DNA of 50,598 nt from Utricularia gibba (taxonomy: Eukaryota > Plantae > Magnoliophyta), in contig NEEC01000290.1 in NCBI GenBank assembly GCA_002189035.1, positions 1 to 50,598 of the forward strand, given 5' to 3'. Shown here one piece after another: positions 1 to 10,936 of the stretch (its first letter is position 1; every line of letters starts with the position of its first letter). Both the position numbers and the translations under genes were made by a program. The notes under the pieces were generated by a model. The model saw nothing but the letters and a program-made list of their open reading frames with translations, ran no database searches and was not told the origin of the DNA.

Positions 1-3000
1 GTTCCTTGAAAAACCATGTAGGCAGCCCCTGAAAACCGAACGTTAATAAATGCATCACTTTAGTTGCCAGGCTACAACTAACTTTCGGCCCAAACCAACC
101 TGACCATTGTCCCGTTCCAGGTGCCCCCCAAGACCGCCTCCTCAAGTATAAAGTAAGTTGTTGAAAAAATCATGTGGGTGCACGTGACATCTTACTTTAA
201 ACAAATGCATCATTATTTTCGTCGACTCGCACCGGTTGGGCTCATGAGCCGGACAAACGGGGGCCTGACCAAGTGCCCAGTTAAAGTGGCCACACAAAAC
301 GAGAAGCTGTTCCTTGAAAAACCTTGTAGGCAGCGCCCGAAAACCGAACGTTAATAAATGCATCACTTTATTTGCAAGGCTACAACTAACTTTCGTCCCA
401 AGCCCAACCTGACCATTGTCCCGTTCAGGTGCCCCCAAGACCGCCTCCTCAAGTATAAAGTAAGTTGTTGAAAAAATCATGTGGGGTGCACGTGACATCT
501 TACTTTAAACAAATGCATCATTATTTTCGTCGACTCGCACCGGTTGGACTCATGAGCCGGACTGAACGGCGGCCCGACCAAGTGCCTAGCGAGAGTAGTC
601 GCCACAAAACGAGAAGCTGTTCCTTGAAAAACCATGTAGGCAGCCCTGAAAACCGAACGTTAATAAATGCATCACTTTAGTTGCCAGGCTACACTAACTT
701 TCGGCCCAAACCAACCTGACCATTGTCCCGTTCCAGGTGCCCCCCAAGACCGCTCCTCAAGTATAAAGTAAGTTGTTGAAAAAATCATGTGGGTGCACGT
801 GACATCTTACTTTAAACAAATGCATCATTATTTTCGTCGACTCGCACCGGTTGGGCTCATGAGCCGGACCAAACGAGGGCCGACCAAGTGCCCAGTTAAG
901 TGGCCCACAAAACGAGAAGCTGTTCCTTGAAAAACCTGTAGGCAGCCCCGAAAACCGAACGTTAATAAATGCATCACTTTAGTTGCCAGGCTACAACTAA
1001 CTTTCGGCCAAACCAACCTGACCATTGTCCCGTTCTAGGTGCCCCCAAGACCGCTCCTCAAGTATAAAGTAAGTTGTTGAAAAAATCATGTGGGGTGCAC
1101 GTGACATCTTACTTTAAACAAATGCATCATTATTTCGTCGACTCGCACCGGTTGGACTCATGAGCCGGAACGGGGGGCCGACCAAGTGCCCAGCGAGAGT
1201 AGTCGCCACAAAACGAGAAGCTGTTCCTTGAAAAACCATGTAGGCAGCCCCTAAAAACCGAACGTTAATAAATGCATCACTTTTTTGCCAGGCTACAACT
1301 AACTTTCGGCCAAACCAACCTGACCATTGTCCGTTCCAGGTGCCCCCAAGACCGCCTCCTCAAGTATAAAGTAAGTTGTTGAAAAAATCATGTGGGGTGC
1401 ACGTGACATCTTACTTTAAAAATTGCATCATTATTTTCGTCGACTCGCACCCGGTTGGCTCATGAGCCGGACTGAACGGGGGGCCGACCAAGTGCCCAGC
1501 GAGAGTAGTCGCCACAAAACGAGAAGCTGTTCCTTGAAAAAACCATGTAGGCAGCCCCTGAAAACCGAACGTTAATAAATGCATCACTTTAGTTGCAGGC
1601 TACAACTAACTTTCGGCCCAAGCCAAACCTGACCATTGTCCCGTTCCAGGTGCCCCCCAAGACCGCCTCCTCAAGTATAAAGTAAGTTGTTGAAAAAATC
1701 ATGTGGGGTGCACGTGACATCTTACTTTAAACAAATGCATCATTATTTTCGTCGACTCGCACCGGTTGGACTCATGAGCCGGACTGAACGGGGGGCCCGA
1801 CCAAGTGCCCAGCGAGAGTAGTCGCCACAAAACGAGAAGCTGTTCCTTGAAAAAACCATGTAGGCAGCCCCTGAAAACCGAACGTTAATAAATGCATCAC
1901 TTTAGTTGCAGGCTACAACTAACTTTCGGCCCAACCAAACCTGACCATTGTCCCGTTCTAGGTGCCCCCAAGACCGCCTCCTCAAGTATAAAGTAAGTTG
2001 TTGAAAAAATCATGTGGGGTGCACGTGACATCTTACTTTAAAAAATGCATCATTATTTTCGTCGACTCGCACCCGTTGGACTCATGAGCCGGACCGAACG
2101 GGCCCGACCAAGTGCCCAGCGAGAGTAGCCGCACAAAACGAGAAGCTGTTCCTTGAAAAACCATGTAGGCAGCCCCTGAAAACCGAACGTTAATAAATGC
2201 ATCACTTTAGTTGCCAGGCTACAACTAACTTTCGGCCCAACCAAAACCTGACCATTGTCCCGTTCCAGGTGCCCCCAAGACCGCCTCCTCAAGTATAAGT
2301 AAGTTGTTGAAAAAATCATGTGGGGTGCACGTGACATCTTACTTTAAACAAATGCATCATTATTTTCGTCGACTCGCACCGGTTGGGCTCATGAGCCGGA
2401 CTGAACGGGGGCCGACCAAGTGCCCAGCGAAGAGTGGCCACACAAACGAGAAGCTGTTCCTTGAAAAAACCTTGTAGGCAGCCCGAAAACCGAACGTTAA
2501 TAAATGCATCACTTTATTGCAGGCTACAACTAACTTTCGGCCCAAACCAACCTGACCATTGTCCCGTTTAGGTGCCCCCCAAGACCGCCTCCTCAAGTAT
2601 AAAGTAAGTTGTTGAAAAAATCATGTGGGGTGCACGTGACATCTTACTTTAAACAAATGCATCATTATTTTCGTCGACTCGCACCGGTTGGCTCATGAGC
2701 CGGACCGAACGGGGGCCGGACCAAGTGCCCAGCGAGAGTAGTGCCACAAAACGAGAAGCTGTTCCTTGAAAAACCTGTAGGCAGCCCCTGAAAACCGAAC
2801 GTTAATAAATGCATCACTTTAGTTTGCCAGGCTACAACTAACTTTCGGCCCAAGCCAACCTGACCATTGTCCCGTTCAGGTGCCCCCCAAGACCGCCTCC
2901 TCAAGTATAAAGTAAGTTGTTGAAAAAATCATGTGGGGTGCACGTGACATCTTACTTTAAACAAATGCATCATTATTTTCGTCGACTCGCACCGGATTGG

Positions 3001-6000
3001 CCTCATGAGCCGGACTGAACGGGGGGCCGACCAAGTGCCCAGCGAGAGTAGTCGCCACAAAACGAGAAGCTGTTCCTTGAAAAACCATGTAGGCAGCCCC
3101 TGAAACCGAACGTTAATAAATGCATCACTTTAGTTGCCAGGCTACAACTAACTTTCGGCCCAAGCCAACCTGACCATTGTCCGTTCAGGTGCCCCCAAGA
3201 CCGCCTCCTCAAGTATAAAGTAAGTTGTTGAAAAAACATGTGGGGTGCACGTGACATCTTACTTTAAACAAACGCATCATTATTTTCGTCGACTCGCACC
3301 GGTTGGACTCATGAGCCGGACTGAACGGGGGGCCGACCAAGTGCCCAGCGAGAGTAGTCGCCACAAAACGAGAAGCTGTTCCTTGAAAACCATGTAGGCA
3401 GCCCCGAAAACCGAACGTTAATAAATGCATCACTTTATTTGCCAGGCTACAACTAACTTTCGGCCCAAGCCAACCTGACCATTGTCCCGTTCCAGGTGCC
3501 CCCCAAGACCGCCTCCTCAAGTATAAAGTAAGTTGTTGAAAAAATCATGTGGGGTGCACGTGACATCTTACTTTAAACAAATGCATCATTATTTTCGTCG
3601 ACTCGCACCGGTTGGACTCATGAGCCGGACGAACGGGGGCCGACCAAGTGCCCAGCGAGAGTAGTCGCCACAAAACGAGAAGCTGTTCCTTGAAAAACCT
3701 TGTAGCAGCCCGAAAACCGAACGTTAATAAATGCATCACTTTATTTGCCAGGCTACAACTAACTTTCGGCCCAAGCCAACCTGACCATTGTCCCGTTCAG
3801 GTGCCCCCAAGACCGCCTCCTCAAGTATAAAGTAAGTTGTTGAAAAAATCATGTGGGGTGCACGTGACATCTTACTTTAAACAAATGCATCATTATTTTC
3901 GTCGACTCGCACCGGTTGGACTCATGAGCCGGACTGAACGGGGGGCCGACCAAGTGCCCAGCGAGAGTAGTCCCACAAAACGAGAAGCTGTTCCTTGAAA
4001 AACCATGTAGGCAGCCCCTGAAAACCGAACGTTAATAAATGCATCACTTTAGTTGCCAGGCTACAACTAACTTTCGGCCCAAGCCAACCTGACCATTGTC
4101 CCGTTCCAGGTGCCCCCAAGACCGCCTCCTCAAGTATAAAGTAAGTTGTTGAAAAAATCATGTGGGGTGCACGTGACATCTTACTTTAAACAAATGCATC
4201 ATTATTTTCGTCGACTCGCACCGGTTGGACTCATGAGCGGACCGAACGGCCGACCAAGTGCCCAGCGAGAGTAGTCGCCACAAAACGAGAAGCTGTTCCT
4301 TTAAAAACCATGTAGGCAGCCCCTGAAAAACCGAACGTTAATAAATGCATCACTTTATTTGCCAGGCTACAACTAACTTTCGGCCCAAGCCAACCTGACC
4401 ATTGTCCCGTTCGGTGCCCCCAAGACCGCCTCCTCAAGTATAAAGTAAGTTGTTGAAAAAATCATGTGGGGTGCACGTGACATCTTACTTTAAACAATGC
4501 ATCATTATTTTCGTCGACTCGCACCGGTTGGGCTCATGAGCCGGACTGAACGGGGGGCCGACCAAGTGCCCAGCGAGAGTAGTCGCCACAAAACGAGAAG
4601 CTGTTCCTTTAAAAACCATGTAGGCAGCCCCTGAAAACCGAACGTTAATAAATGCATCACTTTAGTTGCCAGGCTACAACTAACTTTCGGCCCAACCAAA
4701 CCTGACCATTGTCCCGTTCCAGGTGCCCCCCAAGACCGCCTCCTCAAGTATAAAGTAAGTTGTTGAAAAAATCATGTGGGTGCACGTGACATCTTACTTT
4801 AAACAAATGCATCATTATTTTCGTCGACTCGCACCGGTTGGACTCATGAGCCGGACTGAACGGGGGGCCGACCAAGTGCCCAGCGAGAGTAGTCGCCACA
4901 AAACGAGAAGCTGTTCCTTGAAAAACCATGTAGGCAGCCCCTGAAAACGAACGTTAATAAATGCATCACTTTAGTTGCCAGGCTACAACTAACTTTCGGC
5001 CCAACCAACCTGACCATTGTCCCGTTCAGGTGCCCCCAAGACCGCCTCCTCAAGTATAAGTAAGTTGTTGAAAAAATCATGTGGGGTGCACGTGACATCT
5101 TACTTTAAACAAATGCATCATTATTTTCGTCGACTCGCACCGGTTGGCTCATGAGCCGGACTGAACGGGGCCGACCAAGTGCCCAGCGAGAGTAGTCGCC
5201 ACAAAACGAGAAGCTGTTCCTTGAAAAACCTGTAGGCAGCCCCTGAAAACCGAACGTTAATAAATGCATCACTTTAGTTGCAGGCTACAACTAACTTTCG
5301 GCCCAACCAACCTGACCATTGTCCCGTTCAGGTGCCCCCAAGACCGCCTCCTCAAGTATAAAGTAAGTTGTTGAAAAAATCATGTGGGGTGCACGTGACA
5401 TCTTACTTTAAACAAATGCATCATTATTTTCGTCGACTCGCACCGGTTGGACTCATGAGCGGACCGAACGGGGGCCCGACCAAGTGCCCCGAGAGTAGTC
5501 GCCACAAAACGAGAAGCTGTTCCTTGAAAACCATGTAGGCAGCCCCTGAAAACCGAACGTTAATAAATGCATCACTTTAGTTGCCAGGCTACAACTAACT
5601 TTCGGCCCAAACCAACCTGACCATTGTCCCGTTCAGGTGCCCCCCAAGACCGCCTCCTCAAGTATAAAGTAAGTTGTTGAAAAAATCATGTGGGGTGCAC
5701 GTGACATCTTACTTTAAACAAATGCATCATTATTTTCGTCGACTCGCACCGGTTGGGCTCATGAGCCGGACGAACGCGACCAAGTGCCCAGCGAGAGTGT
5801 CGCCACAAAACGAGAAGCTGTTCCTTTAAAAACCTGTAGGCAGCCCCGAAAACCGAACGTTAATAAATGCATCACTTTATTGCCAGGCTACAACTAACTT
5901 TCGGCCCAAACCCAACCTGACCATTGTCCCGTTCAGGTGCCCCCAAGACCGCCTCCTCAAGTATAAAGTAAGTTGTTGAAAAAATCATGTGGGGTGCACG

Positions 6001-9000
6001 TGACATCTTACTTTAAACAAATGCATCATTATTTTCGTCGACTCGCACCCGGTTGGACTCATGAGCCGGACCGAACGGGGGGCCGACCAAGTGCCCAGCG
6101 AGAGTAGTCGCCACAAAAACGAGAAGCTGTTCCTTGAAAAACCATGTAGGCAGCCCCTGAAAACCGAACGTTAATAAATGCATCACTTTAGTTGCCAGGC
6201 TACAACTAACTTTCGGCCCAAGCCAAACCTGACCATTGTCCCGTTCCAGGTGCCCCCAAGACCGCCTCCTCAAGTATAAAGTAAGTTGTTGAAAAAATCA
6301 TGTGGGGTGCACGTGACATCTTACTTTAAACAAATGCATCATTATTTTCGTCGACTCGCACCGGTTGGACTCATGAGCCGGACGAACGGGGGCCGACCAA
6401 GTGCCCAGCGAGAGTAGTCGCCACAAAAACGAGAAGCTGTTCCTTGAAAAACCATGTAGGCAGCCCCTGAAAACCGAACGTTAATAAATGCATCACTTTA
6501 GTTGCCAGGCTACAACTAACTTTCGGCCCAAACCAACCTGACCATTGTCCCGTTCAGGTGCCCCCAAGACCGCCTCCTCAAGTATAAAGTAAGTTGTTGA
6601 AAAAATCATGTGGGGTGCACGTGACATCTTACTTTAAAAATGCATCATTATTTTCGTCGACTCGCACCGGTTGGGCTCATGAGCCGGACTGAAAACCAAG
6701 TGCCCAGCGAGAGTGGCCACAAAACGAGAAGCTGTTCCTTGAAAAACCATGTAGGCAGCCCCTGAAAACCGAACGTTAATAAATGCATCACTTTAGTTGC
6801 CAGGCTACAACTAACTTTCGGCCCAAGCCAAACCTGACCATTGTCCCGTTCCAGGTGCCCCCCAAGACCGCCTCCTCAAGTATAAAGTAAGTTGTTGAAA
6901 AAATCATGTGGGGTGCACGTGACATCTTACTTTAAACAAATGCATCATTATTTTCGTCGACTCGCACCGGTTGGGCTCATGAGCCGGACTGAACGGGGGG
7001 CCGACCAAGTGCCCAGTTAAAGTGGCCCCACAAAACGAGAAGCTGTTCCTTGAAAAACCTTGTAGGCAGCCCCGAAAACCGAACGTTAATAAATGCATCA
7101 CTTTAGTTGCCAGGGCTACAACTAACTTTCGGCCCAAACCAACCTGACCATTGTCCCGTTAGGTGCCCCCAAGACCGCCTCCTCAAGTATAAAGTAAGTT
7201 GTTGAAAAAATCATGTGGGGTGCACGTGACATCTTACTTTAAACAAATGCATCATTATTTTCGTCGACTCGCACCGGTTGGACTCATGAGCCGGACCGAA
7301 CGGGCCGACCAAGTGCCCAGCGAGAGTAGTGCCACAAAACGAGAAGCTGTTCCTTGAAAAACCATGTAGGCAGCCCTGAAAACCGAACGTTAATAAATGC
7401 ATCACTTTAGTTGCCAGGCTACAACTAACTTTCGTCCCAAGCCAACCTGACCATTGTCCCGTTCTAGGTGCCCCAAGACCGCCTCCTCAAGTATAAAGTA
7501 AGTTGTTGAAAAAATCATGTGGGGTGCACGTGACATCTTACTTTAAACAAACGCATCATTATTTTCGTCGACTCGCAGCCGGTTGGACTCATGAGCCGGA
7601 CTGAACGGGGCCCGACCAAGTGCCTAGCGAGAGTAGTCGCCACAAAACGAGAAGCTGTTCCTTTAAAAACCATGTAGGCAGCCCCTGAAAACCGAACGTT
7701 AATAAATGCATCACTTTAGTTGCCAGGCTACAACTAACTTTCGGCCCAAACCCAACCTGACCATTGTCCCGTTCAGGTGCCCCAAGACCGCCTCCTCAAG
7801 TATAAAGTAAGTTGTTGAAAAAATCATGTGGGGTGCACGTGACATCTTACTTTAAAAATTGCATCATTATTTTCGTCGACTCGCACCGGTTGGGCTCATG
7901 AGCCGGACCAACGGGGGGCGACCAAGTGCCCAGCGAGAGTAGTCGCCACAAAACGAGAAGCTGTTCCTTGAAAAACCATGTAGGCAGCCCCTGAAAACCG
8001 AACGTTAATAAATGCATCACTTTAGTTGCCAGGCTACAACTAACTTTCGGCCCAAGCCAACCTGACCATTGTCCCGTTCCAGGTGCCCCCAAGACCGCCT
8101 CCTCAAGTATAAAGTAAGTTGTTGAAAAAATCATGTGGGGTGCACGTGACATCTTACTTTAAACAAATGCATCATTATTTTCGTCGACTCGCACCGGTTG
8201 GACTCATGAGCCGGACTGAACGGGGGCCGACCAAGTGCCCAGCGAGAGTAGTCGCCACAAAACGAGAAGCTGTTCCTTGAAAAACCTTGTAGGCAGCCCC
8301 GAAAACCGAACGTTAATAAATGCATCACTTTAGTTGCCAGGCTACAACTAACTTTCGGCCCAAACCAACCTGACCATTGTCCCGTTCCAGGTGCCCCCAA
8401 GACCGCCTCCTCAAGTATAAAGTAAGTTGTTGAAAAAATCATGTGGGGTGCACGTGACATCTTACTTTAAACAAATGCATCATTATTTTCGTCGACTCGC
8501 ACCGGTTGGGCTCATGAGCCGGACCGAACGGGGGGCCGACCAAGTGCCCAGCGAGAGTAGTCGCCACAAACGAGAAGCTGTTCCTTGAAAACCATGTAGG
8601 CAGCCCCGAAAACCGAACGTTAATAAATGCATCACTTTATTTGCCAGGCTACAACTAACTTTCGGCCCAAGCCAAACCTGACCATTGTCCCGTTCCAGGT
8701 GCCCCCAAGACCGCCTCCTCAAGTATAAAGTAAGTTGTTGAAAAAATCATGTGGGGTGCACGTGACATCTTACTTTAAACAAATGCATCATTATTTTCGT
8801 CGACTCGCACCGGTTGGACTCATGAGCCGGACGAACGGGCCCGACCAAGTGCCCAGCGAGAGTAGTCGCCACAAAACGAGAAGCTGTTCCTTTAAAAACC
8901 ATGTAGGCAGCCCCTGAAAACCGAACGTTAATAAATGCATCACTTTTTTGCCAGGCTACAACTAACTTTCGGCCAAACCAACCTGACCATTGTCCCGTTC

Positions 9001-10581
9001 CAGGTGCCCCCCAAGACCGCCTCCTCAAGTATAAAGTAAGTTGTTGAAAAAATCATGTGGGGTGCACGTGACATCTTACTTTAAAAATTGCATCATTATT
9101 TTCGTCGACTCGCACCGGTTGGCTCATGAGCCGGACAAACGGGGGCGACCAAGTGCCCAGCGAGAGTAGTCGCCACAAAACGAGAAGCTGTTCCTTGAAA
9201 AACCATGTAGGCAGCCCCTGAAAACCGAACGTTAATAAATGCATCACTTTAGTTGCCAGGCTACAACTAACTTTCGGCCCAAGCCAAACCTGACCATTGT
9301 CCCGTTCCAGGTGCCCCCAAGACCGCCTCCTCAAGTATAAAGTAAGTTGTTGAAAAAATCATGTGGGGCACGTGACATCTTACTTTAAACAAATGCATCA
9401 TTATTTTCGTCGACTCGCACCGGTTGGACTCATGAGCCGGACTGAACGGGGGGCCGACCAAGTGCCCAGCGAGAGTAGTCGCCACAAAACGAGAAGCTGT
9501 TCCTTGAAAAACCTTGTAGGCAGCCCCGAAAACCGAACGTTAATAAATGCATCACTTTATTTGCCAGGCTACAACTAACTTTCGGCCCAAGCCAACCTGA
9601 CCATTGTCCCGTTCGGTGCCCCAAGACCGCCTCCTCAAGTATAAAGTAAGTTGTTGAAAAAATCATGTGGGGTGCACGTGACATCTTACTTTAAACAAAC
9701 GCATCATTATTTTCGTCGACTCGCACGGTTGGGCTCATGAGCCGGACTGAACGGGGGGCCGACCAAGTGCCCAGCGAGAGTAGTCGCCACAAAACGAGAA
9801 GCTGTTCCTTGAAAAACCTTGTAGGCAGCCCCTGAAAACCGAACGTTAATAAATGCATCACTTTATTTGCCAGGCTACAACTAACTTTCGGCCCAAGCCA
9901 AACCTGACCATTGTCCCGTTCCAGGTGCCCCCAAGACCGCCTCCTCAAGTATAAAGTAAGTTGTTGAAAAAATCATGTGGGGTGCACGTGACATCTTACT
10001 TTAAACAAATGCATCATTATTTTCGTCGACTCGCACCGGTTGGACTCATGAGCCGGACTGAACGGGGGGCCCGACCAAGTGCCAGCGAGAGTAGTCGCCA
10101 CAAAACGAGAAGCTGTTCCTTGAAAAACCATGTAGGCAGCCCCTGAAAACCGAACGTTAATAAATGCATCACTTTATTTGCCAGGCTACAACTAACTTTC
10201 GGCCCAACCCAACCTGACCATTGTCCCGTTCCAGGTGCCCCCCAAGACCGCCTCCTCAAGTATAAAGTAAGTTGTTGAAAAAAATCATGTGGGGTGCACG
10301 TGACATCTTACTTTAAAAAATGCATCATTATTTTCGTCGACTCGCACCGGTTGGGCTCATGAGCCGGACTGAACGGGGGGCGACCAAGTGCCCAGCGAGA
10401 GTAGTCGCCACAAAACGAGAAGCTGTTCCTTGAAAAACCATGTAGGCAGCCCTGAAAACCGAACGTTAATAAATGCATCACTTTAGTTGCCAGGCTACAA
10501 CTAACTTTCGGCCCAAGCCAAACCTGACCATTGTCCCGTTCCAGGTGCCCCCCAAGACCGCCTCCTCAAGTATAAAGTAAG

Positions 10582-10890
10582 TTGTTGAAAAAATCATGTG
10601 GGGTGCACGTGACATCTTACTTTAAACAAATGCATCATTATTTTCGTCGACTCGCACCGGTTGGACTCATGAGCCGGACTGAACGGGGGGCCGACCAAGT
10701 GCCCAGCGAGAGTAGTCGCCACAAAACGAGAAGCTGTTCCTTGAAAAACCATGTAGGCAGCCCCGAAAACCGAACGTTAATAAATGCATCACTTTATTTG
10801 CCAGGCTACAACTAACTTTCGGCCCAAGCCAACCTGACCATTGTCCCGTTCCAGGTGCCCCCAAGACCGCCTCCTCAAGTATAAAGTAAG
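10582..10890 (+). repeat. Representative A-type (majority) unit, 309 bp
   Basis: Diagnostic alleles ggactc, ctgaacgggggg, cagcgagagtagtcgcc, ccatgtagg, gccaggct, ttcggccc. The next unit starts at 10891. This copy carries ccccga and tttattt, which are more typical of B units. Confidence 0.9.
10628..10781 (+). repeat. Sub-monomer alpha (154 bp, CpG-rich half of the unit)
   Basis: Begins aaatgcatca and is colinear with the following 155 bp (shared blocks agcc, ctga, cca[a/g]gtgccc, ttgaaaaa-catgt-gg, tga). Confidence 0.85.
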
Positions 10891-10936
10891 TTGTTGAAAA
10901 AATCATGTGGGGTGCACGTGACATCTTACTTTAAAC
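10782..10936 (+). repeat. Sub-monomer beta (155 bp, CpG-poor half of the unit)
   Basis: Begins aaatgcatca. A manual alignment to alpha gives about 84 matches over ~157 columns (~54%). Confidence 0.85.

Noticed and set aside
10588-10606. aaaaatcatgt..ggtgc resembles a stretch of rice CentO as I recall it
   Set aside because: It is a short, A-rich match recalled from memory, and the rest of the monomer does not align. That is not enough to assign the family; a BLASTN against plant satellite collections would decide.
10640-10835. CENP-B box candidates starting at TTCG (ttcgtcgactcgcacc; ttcggcccaagccaa)
   Set aside because: Neither has the required A..CGGG positions of NTTCGNNNNANNCGGGN on either strand.
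10660-10860. Pol III A/B boxes indicating a tRNA- or SINE-derived unit
   Set aside because: The closest matches (tggctcatgagc, gttcaagg, minus-strand gttcggtcc) miss conserved positions, and no cloverleaf or poly-A tail is evident.
10820-10865. Minus-strand G-rich tract (gggggcacctggaacgggacaatggtcaggttggcttggg) as a G-quadruplex
   Set aside because: It has only three runs of three or more G with long loops, so at best a weak two-tier structure.
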